From Nitrospinales bacterium (lineage in GTDB: Bacteria; Nitrospinota; Nitrospinia; Nitrospinales; VA-1), in contig CBDCWG010000012.1 in the NCBI GenBank assembly GCA_965223345.1, positions 2,208,001-2,272,000 on the forward strand: a DNA stretch of 64,000 nt. The letters are read 5' to 3'. Each line of letters starts with the position of its first letter. The stretch's first letter is position 1. The notes beneath the pieces were generated by a model, which was not told where the DNA came from, searched no databases, and saw only the letters and a program-made list of their open reading frames with translations. Position numbers and translations under genes: made by a program. Shown in pieces: positions 1 through 9,423 of this stretch.

Positions 1-533
1 ATCTCCTGGTAGTTCATGTCGGAGACGGACATCTGGATGAGAAAGTCGATCCCCACCTCGTTCATGACGTTGAACGCCTCCATCGATTTTTGCCAGGCCT
101 GATCGACGCCGCGGAACTTGTTGTGCTTGAGCGGTTCCATGGAGTCGATGCTGATGCCCACGCCGTGCGCGCCGGCTTCCTTGATCTTGATAGCGTTTTC
201 CCGGTTGATGAGGGTGCCGTTGGTGCCGAGCACCACCATGAACTTCTTGTCCGCGGCGTAGCGGATGATTTTATAGATGTCCGGCCGCAGCAGCGGCTCG
301 CCGCCGGTGAGGATCAGAAACGCGTTGGGGTTCACCTCGGCGATCTGGTCGATCACGGTGAAGCACTGCTCGGTGTTCAGCTCGTCGGTGCGGAAACCGC
401 CCCTGAAATCCGCGTCCAGATAGCAGTGGTCACAATTCAGGTTGCATCTCTTGGTGAGATTCCAGGAGATGGAATAGGCCCGAAAGTCCATTTTTTCGGG
501 GCTGATTTCAAAGGCGCCGCTGTTGGGTTCCAT
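1..533 (-). CDS. Radical SAM protein of the NirJ/AhbC/AhbD heme-biosynthesis family (5' part only; runs off the window)
   Basis: Not in the ORF track; translated by hand from ATG at 533: MEPNSGAFEISPEKMDFRAYSISWNLTKRCNLNCDHCY...LILTGGEPLLRPD...VVLGTNGTLI. Contains CxxxCxxC and GGEP motifs. Confidence 0.85.
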   Translation of the reverse strand, partial: MEPNSGAFEISPEKMDFRAYSISWNLTKRCNLNCDHCYLDADFRGGFRTDELNTEQCFTVIDQIAEVNPNAFLILTGGEPLLRPDIYKIIRYAADKKFMVVLGTNGTLINRENAIKIKEAGAHGVGISIDSMEPLKHNKFRGVDQAWQKSMEAFNVMNEVGIDFLIQMSVSDMNYQE

Positions 534-647
534 GATCGCTCAAAGCTTTCTGTTTGAAAAAGCCGTTCTCCCGCTTTCCGGCCGCGCGCTGGCAGGCGGA
601 AATGCAGGTTTTTAAAAGGGGAATTTGACCCACGAGCTTTTATCATA

Positions 648-713
648 TAGGCTTTTTTATTATGAAACAATTATTTTGCCTAGGCTTTTTTATTATGAAA
701 CAATTATTTTGCC
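648..713 (+). repeat. Perfect 33-bp tandem duplication spanning the start codon of the cytochrome c gene
   Basis: TAGGCTTTTTTATTATGAAACAATTATTTTGCC occurs at 648-680 and again at 681-713. Confidence 0.95.
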
Positions 714-1522
714 GCAAATTCGCAGGCCTGCTGCTGGTGATCGGGCTGACCGTCTGGGGGGTGTCCGCGGCCCTGGGGCACGAAATGGATTCCGGGCACC
801 GAATGTTCTGGATCTTCGGGCCGGATTTATCGGATGTTTCGCCCGGTCCGCATTCTCTGGAGTCGGTGGAAGGCTGGGGGGCGGAGAGCGTCGCCAGCGC
901 CTATTTCGATAGGGCGATGGATTACCAGGGTACCCGGTTCCGCGCGATCTCCTTCGCCGCTCTGCTCGACCGGTTCGACCCGCTGGGCCGCACGACGGCG
1001 GTGCTGCTCAACTGCTTCGACGACTACCAGGGCATCCTGTCGCGCGAGGACATCCGGCAATACGATCTCAGGCTCGCCACGCGCATCGACGTGCTGCCGG
1101 AGTACGAACGGCCGGACTGGCTGCACCCGCTTCTGGTGCTGGTCCCCGACGGCAGCGACGCGCCGTTTCAGGAGCGGTTTTTGACCGCCAACATCCGCGA
1201 GCTGGTGTTCGTGGATCTTGAGGAGTACTACGCGCCGTTGCGCGCCTCGGCGGGGCGCTCGGAAAAGGCGCTGGCCGGGTACACGGCGTTCGTGGACAAC
1301 TGCCTGTTCTGCCATTCGCTCAAAGGGGTGGGCGGCAACAAGGGCGTCCCGCTGATCGAGACGTACGATTTTGCCTCGGCCCCCGGCAAGCGGCGCTTCA
1401 TGGACGCCTTTTTGGGGTTCCATCACGCGGAGAATCCGGACAAGCAGAACGTGGAGCAGTTCGTGACTCCGGAACGATTGCAGGACATCGCGCATTTCCT
1501 GGAGAAAGTGGCGGGACCCTGA
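662..1522 (+). CDS. Exported monoheme c-type cytochrome with an N-terminal molybdopterin-oxidoreductase-like domain (alternative start 695)
   Basis: Hydrophobic signal segment; CLFCH heme motif near the C-terminus; N-terminal FRAISFAALL...LLNCFDDY pattern resembles the sulfite-oxidase-like fold. Confidence 0.65.
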   Translation: MKQLFCLGFFIMKQLFCRKFAGLLLVIGLTVWGVSAALGHEMDSGHRMFWIFGPDLSDVSPGPHSLESVEGWGAESVASAYFDRAMDYQGTRFRAISFAALLDRFDPLGRTTAVLLNCFDDYQGILSREDIRQYDLRLATRIDVLPEYERPDWLHPLLVLVPDGSDAPFQERFLTANIRELVFVDLEEYYAPLRASAGRSEKALAGYTAFVDNCLFCHSLKGVGGNKGVPLIETYDFASAPGKRRFMDAFLGFHHAENPDKQNVEQFVTPERLQDIAHFLEKVAGP

Positions 1523-1635
1523 GCCTCGCAGTGGGGCGCGGCGGGTGGTTCAGGTTTTGATTGACAGTGTCAACAGGCATGATATTTTGATACTTTCACC
1601 CAAGCGCCGTCATCCGGTTCCGCCGTCCGTCACGC

Positions 1636-2061
1636 ATGCGGGACCTTTCGTTTGAGGAAACTATCGTGACTCCAGTCATCACACTTTGTTTCGCTCTCGG
1701 CACCGCTCTGGAGCTGTACGGGCTCAAGGTCGTCAGCACGCAGATCAGTGTGGTCAACACTCTCAACCTGATCATGCTCACCTTTCTGGTGGGTGTGGTG
1801 GTGGGACGGAGCTGGGGCAAGCATTATTTCGAAAAAATGCAATGGCATTTGAAGTCCCGCACGTTGCCCAACGATGAGGTTTTGAACGGCACGGTGATGA
1901 CCATCGCCAGCATGTTGCTCATCACCCCCGGAGTGATCACGGACGTGCTGGGGCTGTTCATCCTGATTCCGATCACGCGGGGCATCTTCAAGGAAATCAC
2001 GCTGGATCTGGTGAAGAAGAAGATCTCCCGCGGCGAGCTGTTCTTTTTCTTCCGCAACTGA
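1636..2061 (+). CDS. fxsA: FxsA family membrane protein
   Basis: LLITPGVITDVLGLFILIP motif typical of FxsA; hydrophobic helices. Confidence 0.8.
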   Translation: MRDLSFEETIVTPVITLCFALGTALELYGLKVVSTQISVVNTLNLIMLTFLVGVVVGRSWGKHYFEKMQWHLKSRTLPNDEVLNGTVMTIASMLLITPGVITDVLGLFILIPITRGIFKEITLDLVKKKISRGELFFFFRN

Positions 2062-2098
2062 TCCTTTCCACTCTTCCCCGCCGGGCTGGGTTTTTGGC

Positions 2099-2821
2099 AT
2101 GATCTTTTCGGCTCCACCCCGCAACTTTCGCGCCGAGCTTCTGGATCTGGACGAAGCGCCTTTCGAAGAGGTGCGGGACAGCCTGTCCGATGTCCGCAAG
2201 GTCAACCGCTACCTGAGCGGCTACCGGGTGCTGCTGGAGCATGCGGAATTTTTCCTGCGCAGCCACGACGCCAGCCGGCCTCTGACCATTCTCGATGTGG
2301 CCACCGGTTCCGCCGATCAACCCGCCGCGATCGTCAAACTCGCACGCCGGCTGAAAATTCCCGTCTGCATCTTCGCGCTCGACATCAACCACAAGATGCT
2401 GCTGTACGCGCGCGAGATGACCGAACGCTTCCCGGAGATCCGGCTGGTGCAGGGCGATGTGTTCGCGCTGCCGTTTGCGGATGCCAGCATCGACCTGATC
2501 GTCAATTCGCTGTCTTTGCATCATTTCGCCTGGGAGGATGCGGTGAACATCCTCAAGGCCATGCACCGCATCAGCCGCGTGGGGTTCATCGTCAACGACC
2601 TGCACCGCAGCCGCGTGGCGCACGCGTCGATCTTTCTGCTGACGCGGCTGCTGACGAAAAACCGCCTGACCCGTTACGACGCGCCGGTTTCGGTGATGAA
2701 CGCGTTCACGCCGAAGGAATTCGAACAGCTTGCCGAACAGGCGGGCATCGAACGGTTCGAGATCCACCGGCATTTTCCCTACCGCATCGCCTTCGTGGTG
2801 AAAAAGGACACGCCCGCATGA
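2099..2821 (+). CDS. Class I SAM-dependent methyltransferase
   Basis: ILDVATGSAD motif I, SLSLHHF, NDLHRS and RYDAPVSV motifs. Confidence 0.85.
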   Translation: MIFSAPPRNFRAELLDLDEAPFEEVRDSLSDVRKVNRYLSGYRVLLEHAEFFLRSHDASRPLTILDVATGSADQPAAIVKLARRLKIPVCIFALDINHKMLLYAREMTERFPEIRLVQGDVFALPFADASIDLIVNSLSLHHFAWEDAVNILKAMHRISRVGFIVNDLHRSRVAHASIFLLTRLLTKNRLTRYDAPVSVMNAFTPKEFEQLAEQAGIERFEIHRHFPYRIAFVVKKDTPA

Positions 2822-2855
2822 TTGGCCTTCGTCTGGAAAGGATGTTCGCAACGCG

Positions 2856-4124
2856 ATGAAACCCACCGACGCACTGGTCATCGGCGGCGGACCCGCAGGA
2901 ACCGCTTCCGCCCTGTTTCTCAATCGCCTGGGCTACGATGTCCGGCTGCTGGAGCAGGCGCGGTTTCCGCGCGACAAGGTCTGCGGCGAGTTCATCAGCC
3001 CGGCGGCGGACCCCATCTTCGAGGAGCTGGGCGTGCTCGAAGATCTGGAAGCGCGGAATCCGGTGCGCCTCAAGGGCGTGGCGATCGCCTCCTACAACAC
3101 GGCGGGCTTCGCGGTGGATTACCCGGCGCTCGCAGGGCGGAACGAGGCGATGACGAGTCTCTCGGTGCCGCGCTCCATCCTCGATCCGTTGCTGCTTGCC
3201 AAAGTGAAGGCGTCGGGGGTGGAGGTGCGCGAAGGCTGCAAGGCGACGGACTTCATTCTGGAAGCGGGCCGGGTCGCGGGGGTGCGCGGCCGAGACGAGA
3301 GCGGCAAGGAGTTCAGCCTGCGCGCGCGCGTCGTGATCGATGCGGGCGGGCGGAACTGCCTGTCGATTCGTCGCTTCAAGCTGAGAAAGAATCGCAGGCC
3401 GGGCGCAAAGATCGCGCTGGCGGCGCACTGGAAGGACGTCGCGGCGCTCAAGGATTACTGCCACATGCATATTAGCGAGCCGGGCTACACCGGTATGGCG
3501 CCGACGGGCAAAGACGAAGCCAACATCGTTCTGGTGGTGGACAAAGAATGCCTCAAGGGAGAGGACCTGCACGGGTTTTACGTGCGCACGGTGCTCAAAA
3601 ATCCGTTGCGCCGACGGCTGCTGGAGGGCGGCACGGTGGCGGAAAAGGCGCGCACGGTGGATTCTCTCGAGTTTGCGGTGCGCCCGCCCAAAGTCGGCGG
3701 GCTGATTCTGGTGGGGGATGCGACCGGGTTCATCGACCCGTTCACCGGGGAGGGGATTTACCTTTCATTGCGCAGCGCGCAGATCGCTGCGGGGGTGTTG
3801 CGGGAGGCGTTTGCAGCGGGGGATGTTTCGCGCCGCTGGCTCATGCGTTACGACTCGCTCAGGCATCGGGAGTTCGACCGCAAATATCTGTTGAGCCGGA
3901 TTCTGCAGGCGCTGATCCACCGGCCGGTGTTGTGCGACCGCGTCGTGCGGACGCTGGAGCGCCATCCCGATCTGGCCGGTACACTGGTGGGGGTGATCGG
4001 CGATTATGTGCCCGCGCACCGGGTGGTTTCGCTGCGGTTTCTGGTCAAGCTGATGGTCAAAAGCGTTCGATCCGCACGCGCGATCCCGTCGCTGGAAAGG
4101 ATCGGCGCACGTTCGGGGCTGTGA
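2856..4124 (+). CDS. NAD(P)/FAD-dependent oxidoreductase (geranylgeranyl reductase-like)
   Basis: VIGGGPAG, FPRDKVCGEF and LVGDATGFIDPFTGEGI motifs. Confidence 0.85.
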   Translation: MKPTDALVIGGGPAGTASALFLNRLGYDVRLLEQARFPRDKVCGEFISPAADPIFEELGVLEDLEARNPVRLKGVAIASYNTAGFAVDYPALAGRNEAMTSLSVPRSILDPLLLAKVKASGVEVREGCKATDFILEAGRVAGVRGRDESGKEFSLRARVVIDAGGRNCLSIRRFKLRKNRRPGAKIALAAHWKDVAALKDYCHMHISEPGYTGMAPTGKDEANIVLVVDKECLKGEDLHGFYVRTVLKNPLRRRLLEGGTVAEKARTVDSLEFAVRPPKVGGLILVGDATGFIDPFTGEGIYLSLRSAQIAAGVLREAFAAGDVSRRWLMRYDSLRHREFDRKYLLSRILQALIHRPVLCDRVVRTLERHPDLAGTLVGVIGDYVPAHRVVSLRFLVKLMVKSVRSARAIPSLERIGARSGL

Positions 4125-4130
4125 CTCGTT

Positions 4131-4358
4131 TCAGTGCAGGGTGGAATGGTAAGCGTGGAGGATCTGCTCCAGCCGGTCTTTGGTCTTGAGCTTCTGCTTC
4201 TGGTGTTTTTTCTTTTCCATTTCCTGTTCGACCGTCAGGAACTTCATTTTATTGAGCTCTTCCACTTTCTGTTTTAGCTCGGTGTGTTCTTCGTAGAGCT
4301 TTTTGAATTCTTCGTTTTCCTTCTGAATCTTTTCAAGCAACTCGGGGTCTATTTGCAT
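4131..4358 (-). CDS. DUF465/YdcH-like small coiled-coil protein
   Basis: MQIDPELLEKIQKENEEFKKLYEEHTELK...KKQKLKTKDRL pattern; SD-like GGAGG before ATG 4358. Confidence 0.8.
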   Translation of the reverse strand: MQIDPELLEKIQKENEEFKKLYEEHTELKQKVEELNKMKFLTVEQEMEKKKHQKQKLKTKDRLEQILHAYHSTLH

Positions 4359-4375
4359 ATCGCCTGCCTCCCTGT

Positions 4376-5062
4376 TCAAAGATTGCGGGATAAATTGAGT
4401 TCGGCTTCGGGTTTCCTCACATAATTCAAGGTCAACGCGTCCAGATTTTCCAGCCCGTTCATGCGGTCCCGCGCCAGCCGCGCGGTGCTGGCGGCGACGG
4501 TGGTGTCCGTGGTTTGCGGGTTGGAAAGGTATCGGGACTGGAGTGCGTCGGAAAAAAAATCGCCGTAGGTTTCCTGGCCGCTGCCGATGAAAACCGTGGG
4601 CTCCGTGATTGCATCGCACAACTGCTGCGGGCTGAGGGTCCTGTCCGGAGCGATCCGCTTCAGATGGCCCGACCGGTATTGGAAAAAAGCGCAGTACACT
4701 TCTTTTTTTCTTGCGTCCAAAATGGCACAAATCGGTTGCGGCGCCGGCGCGGCACAGGCGGCCACCGCCCAAAGCGTGTCGATTCCCGCAAAGGGTTTTT
4801 CCGTTGCCAGGACCAGCCCCTTGATGAGGCTCAACCCCACGCGCAGGCCGGTGAACGAACCGGGCCCTGTCGTGACGCCGAACGCGTCAACCTGCTCCAG
4901 TTCCACACCTGCCTCGGACAACACCTCGTCCACCATCAATAACAGACAGCTCGAAAAGCTGGCGGAACCTGCGAATGATTGTTGGGAAATGATACGGTCG
5001 TGTTCAAGGAGGGCGACACTGCCGCGGGGGATAGATGAATCAATTCCAAGGATTCTTTTCAT
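4376..5062 (-). CDS. tsaB: tRNA threonylcarbamoyladenosine biosynthesis protein TsaB
   Basis: ILGIDSS, GPGSFTGLRVG, DARKKEVY and YVRKPEAE motifs. Confidence 0.95.
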   Translation of the reverse strand: MKRILGIDSSIPRGSVALLEHDRIISQQSFAGSASFSSCLLLMVDEVLSEAGVELEQVDAFGVTTGPGSFTGLRVGLSLIKGLVLATEKPFAGIDTLWAVAACAAPAPQPICAILDARKKEVYCAFFQYRSGHLKRIAPDRTLSPQQLCDAITEPTVFIGSGQETYGDFFSDALQSRYLSNPQTTDTTVAASTARLARDRMNGLENLDALTLNYVRKPEAELNLSRNL

Positions 5063-5562
5063 GCCGTGAATGACCGGAATTGGTTTCCACCGTTGCCATT
5101 GTCACCAGTGTATTCCTTTATCGATTGCAACGCAAACTTAGATCATCGCGTTCGTGTTGTCAATCAAAAAGCCGGGACCGCCGGCACGCGAAACGCCGCG
5201 GTGGTGATCCCATAACTGCAATCAAAGTAAGCGGTTGAAGGAGGAACGGGCTGCGCACGGAGAAAGCGCGGAAGCGGGCGTCCTGTGCGGGGGAAATGGG
5301 CTTCGATCGCGTGCCGATTCGGTGTGAGGAAGGGGAAATCTGTTCGTGGAAACGGTAAATCTGTTCGTCCGATTGGTTAAGGTAAATCTGCTATACCAAC
5401 ATACCTATTGAATTTATTGAACTTATTTTCTTGACAAATTTACAAGATCCAATTATTTTGGATTGCACGGTAAACCTTGACGATACCCATTATTCGACAA
5501 ACGAAAGGCTGAGAACGGAATGCTGATAGAAAATCAAAATCAATATCGAAAAGGGGGCGCCC

Positions 5563-5766
5563 ATGTTTTTTGAGGTGAAAATTTTCAGCGCCGACGGAGA
5601 ATTGAAGCGAATCGTTTCCCCGAAAAAGTTGAGCAAACGATTCTGGAAGGAAAGCGAGAACGCCCAGCCCGATTTCACGGATCAGGAAGTCCCCGGAGAA
5701 GACTGGGCGATGAAGGGTTTGAGCGGAGAGAAAGTACGGATTCAGGTGGACGACACGATCGCCTAG
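5563..5766 (+). CDS. Small hypothetical protein
   Basis: 67-aa ORF MFFEVKIFSADGELKRIVSPKKLSKRFW with a G-rich SD, lying in an otherwise non-coding gap. Confidence 0.6.
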   Translation: MFFEVKIFSADGELKRIVSPKKLSKRFWKESENAQPDFTDQEVPGEDWAMKGLSGEKVRIQVDDTIA

Positions 5767-6018
5767 ATGGAAATGCTGAAAACCGGCCGGTGCTTCTCCA
5801 TCCTCGATTGTGATTTCCCGTCCCGAACCTGAAACCCTCCTCATTCCGGATTTCTCCCCGTTTACAGAGGAAACTCCCACTGCGGGAGTGCGGTTGTATT
5901 TTCGCCCATTTCACGTTTTATCCCCCCATGTCCCACAAATTGTGATAGTAGATTTCATTACCTTTTACAGATCGATCTGTATTGCGGGTTGGCCGCTTAT
6001 TCGTATCAGGAGTTTGTT

Positions 6019-7200
6019 GTGTATATCACCACCGCGGAAGAGCTCACCGCCTTGTGCGAAAAACTGAAATCGTGCGACGTGCTGGCTCTCGACACGGAGT
6101 TCGTTCGTGAACGGACCTATTTTCACCGCCTGGGTCTGGTTCAGGTCGGGGGAAACGGCACTTTCGCCGCTTTGGACCCGATTCTGCTTCCCAGTCTCGA
6201 TCCGTTCCTGGATCTGATTCAAAATCCCAATGTCGTCAAGGTGTTCCACGCTTCCAAGCAGGATCTGGAAATTCTGTTCCGGCTCACCGGCAAGGTGGCG
6301 GGGCCGATTTTCGACACGCAGGTGGCCGCTTCCATCGTGGGCTGGGGGTCGCAGATTTCCTTCGCCAAGATCGTGCAGAAAGTGACCGGCAAGAAGATCC
6401 ACAAGACCGAGACCTACACGGACTGGTGCCGCCGGCCGCTCAGCCAGAGCCAGGTGGAGTACGCGCTGGACGATGTTCGCTACCTGTTTCCGGTTTACGA
6501 GAAACTGCTCAAGAACCTGAAGCGGCTCAACCGCCTGGATTGGGTGAAGGGGGAATTCGAAAAGCTGGAGAACCCCAAGACTTTCGCGCTTCCCGATCCG
6601 CGCAAGCAGTACCTCAAGATCAAGAACATCCGCAACCTCAAGCGGCGCAACCTGGCTGTGATGATCGAGCTGGCCGCATGGCGCGAGCAGGAGGCGCTCA
6701 AGCGCAACTGTCTGCCGAAGGCGGTGGTGCGCGACGAGCCGCTGCTGGAGATCGCCCGCACGCTGCCGAAAAAACCGGAAGACCTGTCCGCCGTGCGCGG
6801 GTTTCACCGCAAGGAAGTCTCAAAAAGCGGCGCCGCCATCATGGATGCGATCAAGGCCGGGCTCGCCGTACCCGAGCAGGACATCCCGGAGCTGCCGGAA
6901 TACGACGGCTATTCGACGCGCAAAGGCGTCGAGGAGTTGCTGGCGGCGTACGTGCAGATCCGCGCTGAGGAGCTGAAGGTGGAACCCAGTGTGCTGGCTC
7001 ACCGCAAGCAGTTGCACGATTTCGTCAAATGCTACGAGCAGGGCGGCAACCTGGAGGACCATTTCCTGTTTCAGGGCTGGCGCAAGGAGAGCATCGGCTC
7101 GCATCTGCACGCGCTTCTGGAAGGGGAAAAGGGCCTGGGGATCGACAAGTCCGGCCGGGTGACGCTGATCGCCTCGATCCGCAAGGAACCGTTTTCCTGA
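6019..7200 (+). CDS. rnd: Ribonuclease D
   Basis: LALDTEFVRERTY, KVFHASKQDLE, IFDTQVAA, DWCRRPLS and an HRDC domain; GTG 6019 follows AGGAG. Confidence 0.95.
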   Translation: MYITTAEELTALCEKLKSCDVLALDTEFVRERTYFHRLGLVQVGGNGTFAALDPILLPSLDPFLDLIQNPNVVKVFHASKQDLEILFRLTGKVAGPIFDTQVAASIVGWGSQISFAKIVQKVTGKKIHKTETYTDWCRRPLSQSQVEYALDDVRYLFPVYEKLLKNLKRLNRLDWVKGEFEKLENPKTFALPDPRKQYLKIKNIRNLKRRNLAVMIELAAWREQEALKRNCLPKAVVRDEPLLEIARTLPKKPEDLSAVRGFHRKEVSKSGAAIMDAIKAGLAVPEQDIPELPEYDGYSTRKGVEELLAAYVQIRAEELKVEPSVLAHRKQLHDFVKCYEQGGNLEDHFLFQGWRKESIGSHLHALLEGEKGLGIDKSGRVTLIASIRKEPFS

Positions 7201-7236
7201 CAAACCCTCTGTTTCGCCTTTCGCTGTTTTTTCCCT

Positions 7237-7869
7237 TCACTGCGGCGCGGTGCGCGCCATCCATTCCTTAAAGCCGGTTTCCTTCCTCAGGTTTGCAAGG
7301 TCCGGGTCGGTTTCGATCTGTTTCCAGTTTTTGTAACCTTTCGCCACGGCGGTTTGCAACGCGCTGAGACTTGCCTGCGGTTCTCCGACCAGGGAATGGT
7401 AGCAGGCGAGGTTGTAGTGCAGCACCGGGTTTTCCGGGTTGATCGCCTCCAGCGTTTTCAGGGTGGCCGCCGCTTCGTCGAAACGCTGCGCCTGCAGGTA
7501 GGCGGTGCTCTGGTTGAGATGGGCTTCCTCGAATTGCTTGTTGTGGTGCAGGGCCATCTTGTAATTGCGCACGGCCTGATCCCATTGCTTCTGCTTGAGA
7601 TACTTATTCCCCTCGTTGTAATGGAAGATGCCCATCCTGCGATTTTTTTCCGGGTCGTCGTGCGGGTCGCCTTCGCCTTCATGCGAGTGGGTGTGCGGCG
7701 CGGCAGCGTGATCGTCTCCGGGGGATGCGGAGGGTTCAGCAGCGGAATTCCCGGCCGGGGCGGTTTGCGGTTTTTGGCGGACGCGTTCGGTGTCTTCGAT
7801 CCAGAACACGATCGCCGCGAGCAGCAGGATGAGCGGGGCGAGCTTTTTCAGGGTTGCTGGAATCTGCAT
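7237..7869 (-). CDS. Membrane-anchored TPR protein with a His-rich linker
   Basis: N-terminal TM segment, HTHSHEGEGDPH, TPR repeats and a C-terminal YNLACYHSL...ETDPDLANLR. Confidence 0.8.
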   Translation of the reverse strand: MQIPATLKKLAPLILLLAAIVFWIEDTERVRQKPQTAPAGNSAAEPSASPGDDHAAAPHTHSHEGEGDPHDDPEKNRRMGIFHYNEGNKYLKQKQWDQAVRNYKMALHHNKQFEEAHLNQSTAYLQAQRFDEAAATLKTLEAINPENPVLHYNLACYHSLVGEPQASLSALQTAVAKGYKNWKQIETDPDLANLRKETGFKEWMARTAPQ

Positions 7870-7883
7870 GTCTCATTGTAATC

Positions 7884-9287
7884 TCAGCCACTTAGATGCG
7901 GGAAAAAAAGTTTCAGCTCGCCTGCGGAGCCGAGAAAGCCGACGTTTTCGATCGCCGCGCCGTGCGAGCGCAGGTTGAAGATTCTGACCTCGGGGTGGAT
8001 TTCGGCGATCTGTTCGATGGTGCGCTTGTAGCTGAACAGGTTCTGGTGGGTTTTCAGGGTTTCGCCGAAGGCGCCGCGCACTGCGATCTGCTTTTTCTCG
8101 CCGGCCTTTTCCTGATACCCCGCGCCCAAAGGAAGGCTGTGGTGCACCTGATCGGCAAGCTGGATGCTGTTGCGGGAATGGCTGGAATAACTGCGCTCCC
8201 CGGAATAGGCGAGATCCTGACCGAGCAGAAAAATCGGGTTGCAGCCCATCAGGATGAGCCCGTCGAGCGCCAGGCAGGCCACCGATCCCCCGGCGCGGGT
8301 GGTGCCTTTTACGTGTTGCTCCGCTGCGGTTTCGGAAGCGCCTTCCTTGTACACGACGTATTTCTCGCCCGCATGGCGGTGCAGGATTTTCGTCTGCGCG
8401 GTGGGGGTGAAGATCAGCCGGAACGGCTGCTCCCAATGCCCTGCGAAATAGCGGCAGCTTTCCTCCTGCGGGTCGAGCGTGAACACGTAATCGGGGACGC
8501 AGCCCTCTGTGATCAGGATCGGCAGCGCCGTGTCCACCGCGGCGACGACGGCGTCCGGGCTGAAGCGCGCAAGATGCGGCAGCGTGTCGTCGAGCGAGGG
8601 GCCGGCGCTCACCAGAATGCCGGGCCGGCCGCGGTGGCGGTCTTTGAGTGTATTGATGCCCGGCGCGGCGGCGGCGATCGCCTCGTTGTGAATCCGGTTC
8701 TTCTGTTCGAGGCTTCCCATGAGAGCGGGAAAGCGGCGTTCCATGCGCAGGATCTCCAGCGCGTTGATGAGGCCGGGAAACTGCGGCGGGATGCAGGCGA
8801 ACGAGGGCGTGTGAAACAGGATTTGCGTCGAGTCCGCATCGGCGGGTGTTTCTCCTCCGAGTCGCGTCGCGATTTCCCTGGCGACGGCGATTTCCTCGCG
8901 GCCGAACAACAGGTGGAAGTTTTCCTGCGCGAACAGATGCGAGTGGTCTTTCAGGATCAGCGCCGCGGAAAGCAGGTCGGGGTTGAGCTCGACCACGAAC
9001 AGCGATCCGCTGGGGCCGATGCGCTCCAATAGCGGGCCGATGTGGTGGCCGAGGCCGAAGCCATACAGAAACACGCGGCTGCCCGGCCGGATCGACCGGC
9101 TGAACGCCTTGCCTTCCTTGATGGGATCGTAGCTGCTGTGGATGAGGGTCTTTTCGTACCGCACGCTGACCGCGCCGCTGGCTGTGGTCAATACGGTGAC
9201 GCGGTCTGAAAGCGTGGGCGAAAGCGAAGCCGCGGCGGGCGTGCGCGGTGCGAGCGCGGCGAGATTTTGTTTGAAAAAAGATTGCAT
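7884..9287 (-). CDS. DUF115 / motility-associated-factor (MptE-like) family protein
   Basis: IHSSYDPIKE, YGFGLGHH, ILVSAGPSLD, GGSVA and GCNPIFLLGQDLAY motifs. Confidence 0.85.
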   Translation of the reverse strand: MQSFFKQNLAALAPRTPAAASLSPTLSDRVTVLTTASGAVSVRYEKTLIHSSYDPIKEGKAFSRSIRPGSRVFLYGFGLGHHIGPLLERIGPSGSLFVVELNPDLLSAALILKDHSHLFAQENFHLLFGREEIAVAREIATRLGGETPADADSTQILFHTPSFACIPPQFPGLINALEILRMERRFPALMGSLEQKNRIHNEAIAAAAPGINTLKDRHRGRPGILVSAGPSLDDTLPHLARFSPDAVVAAVDTALPILITEGCVPDYVFTLDPQEESCRYFAGHWEQPFRLIFTPTAQTKILHRHAGEKYVVYKEGASETAAEQHVKGTTRAGGSVACLALDGLILMGCNPIFLLGQDLAYSGERSYSSHSRNSIQLADQVHHSLPLGAGYQEKAGEKKQIAVRGAFGETLKTHQNLFSYKRTIEQIAEIHPEVRIFNLRSHGAAIENVGFLGSAGELKLFFPHLSG

Positions 9288-9423
9288 GCGTGTCCGGGGA
9301 AGAGGGGCGGTCGCAATCGGGCCGGCATTTTTTGTTGCCTTGCAATCATTGCGGTTTTTATTTAATAATCATGAGTGCAAACCGGTTTTGCCGTTTTCAC
9401 CTTTCACCCTCCGCCTTCCCAAC

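Noticed and set aside
590..607. Possible sigma54 promoter TGGCAGGCGGAAATGCA
   Set aside because: GG-to-GC spacing is 11 nt rather than the required 10.
1561..1573. TTGACAGTGTCAA palindrome as an FNR/CRP box
   Set aside because: Half-site spacing is one base short of the FNR consensus; it may simply be a -35 element.
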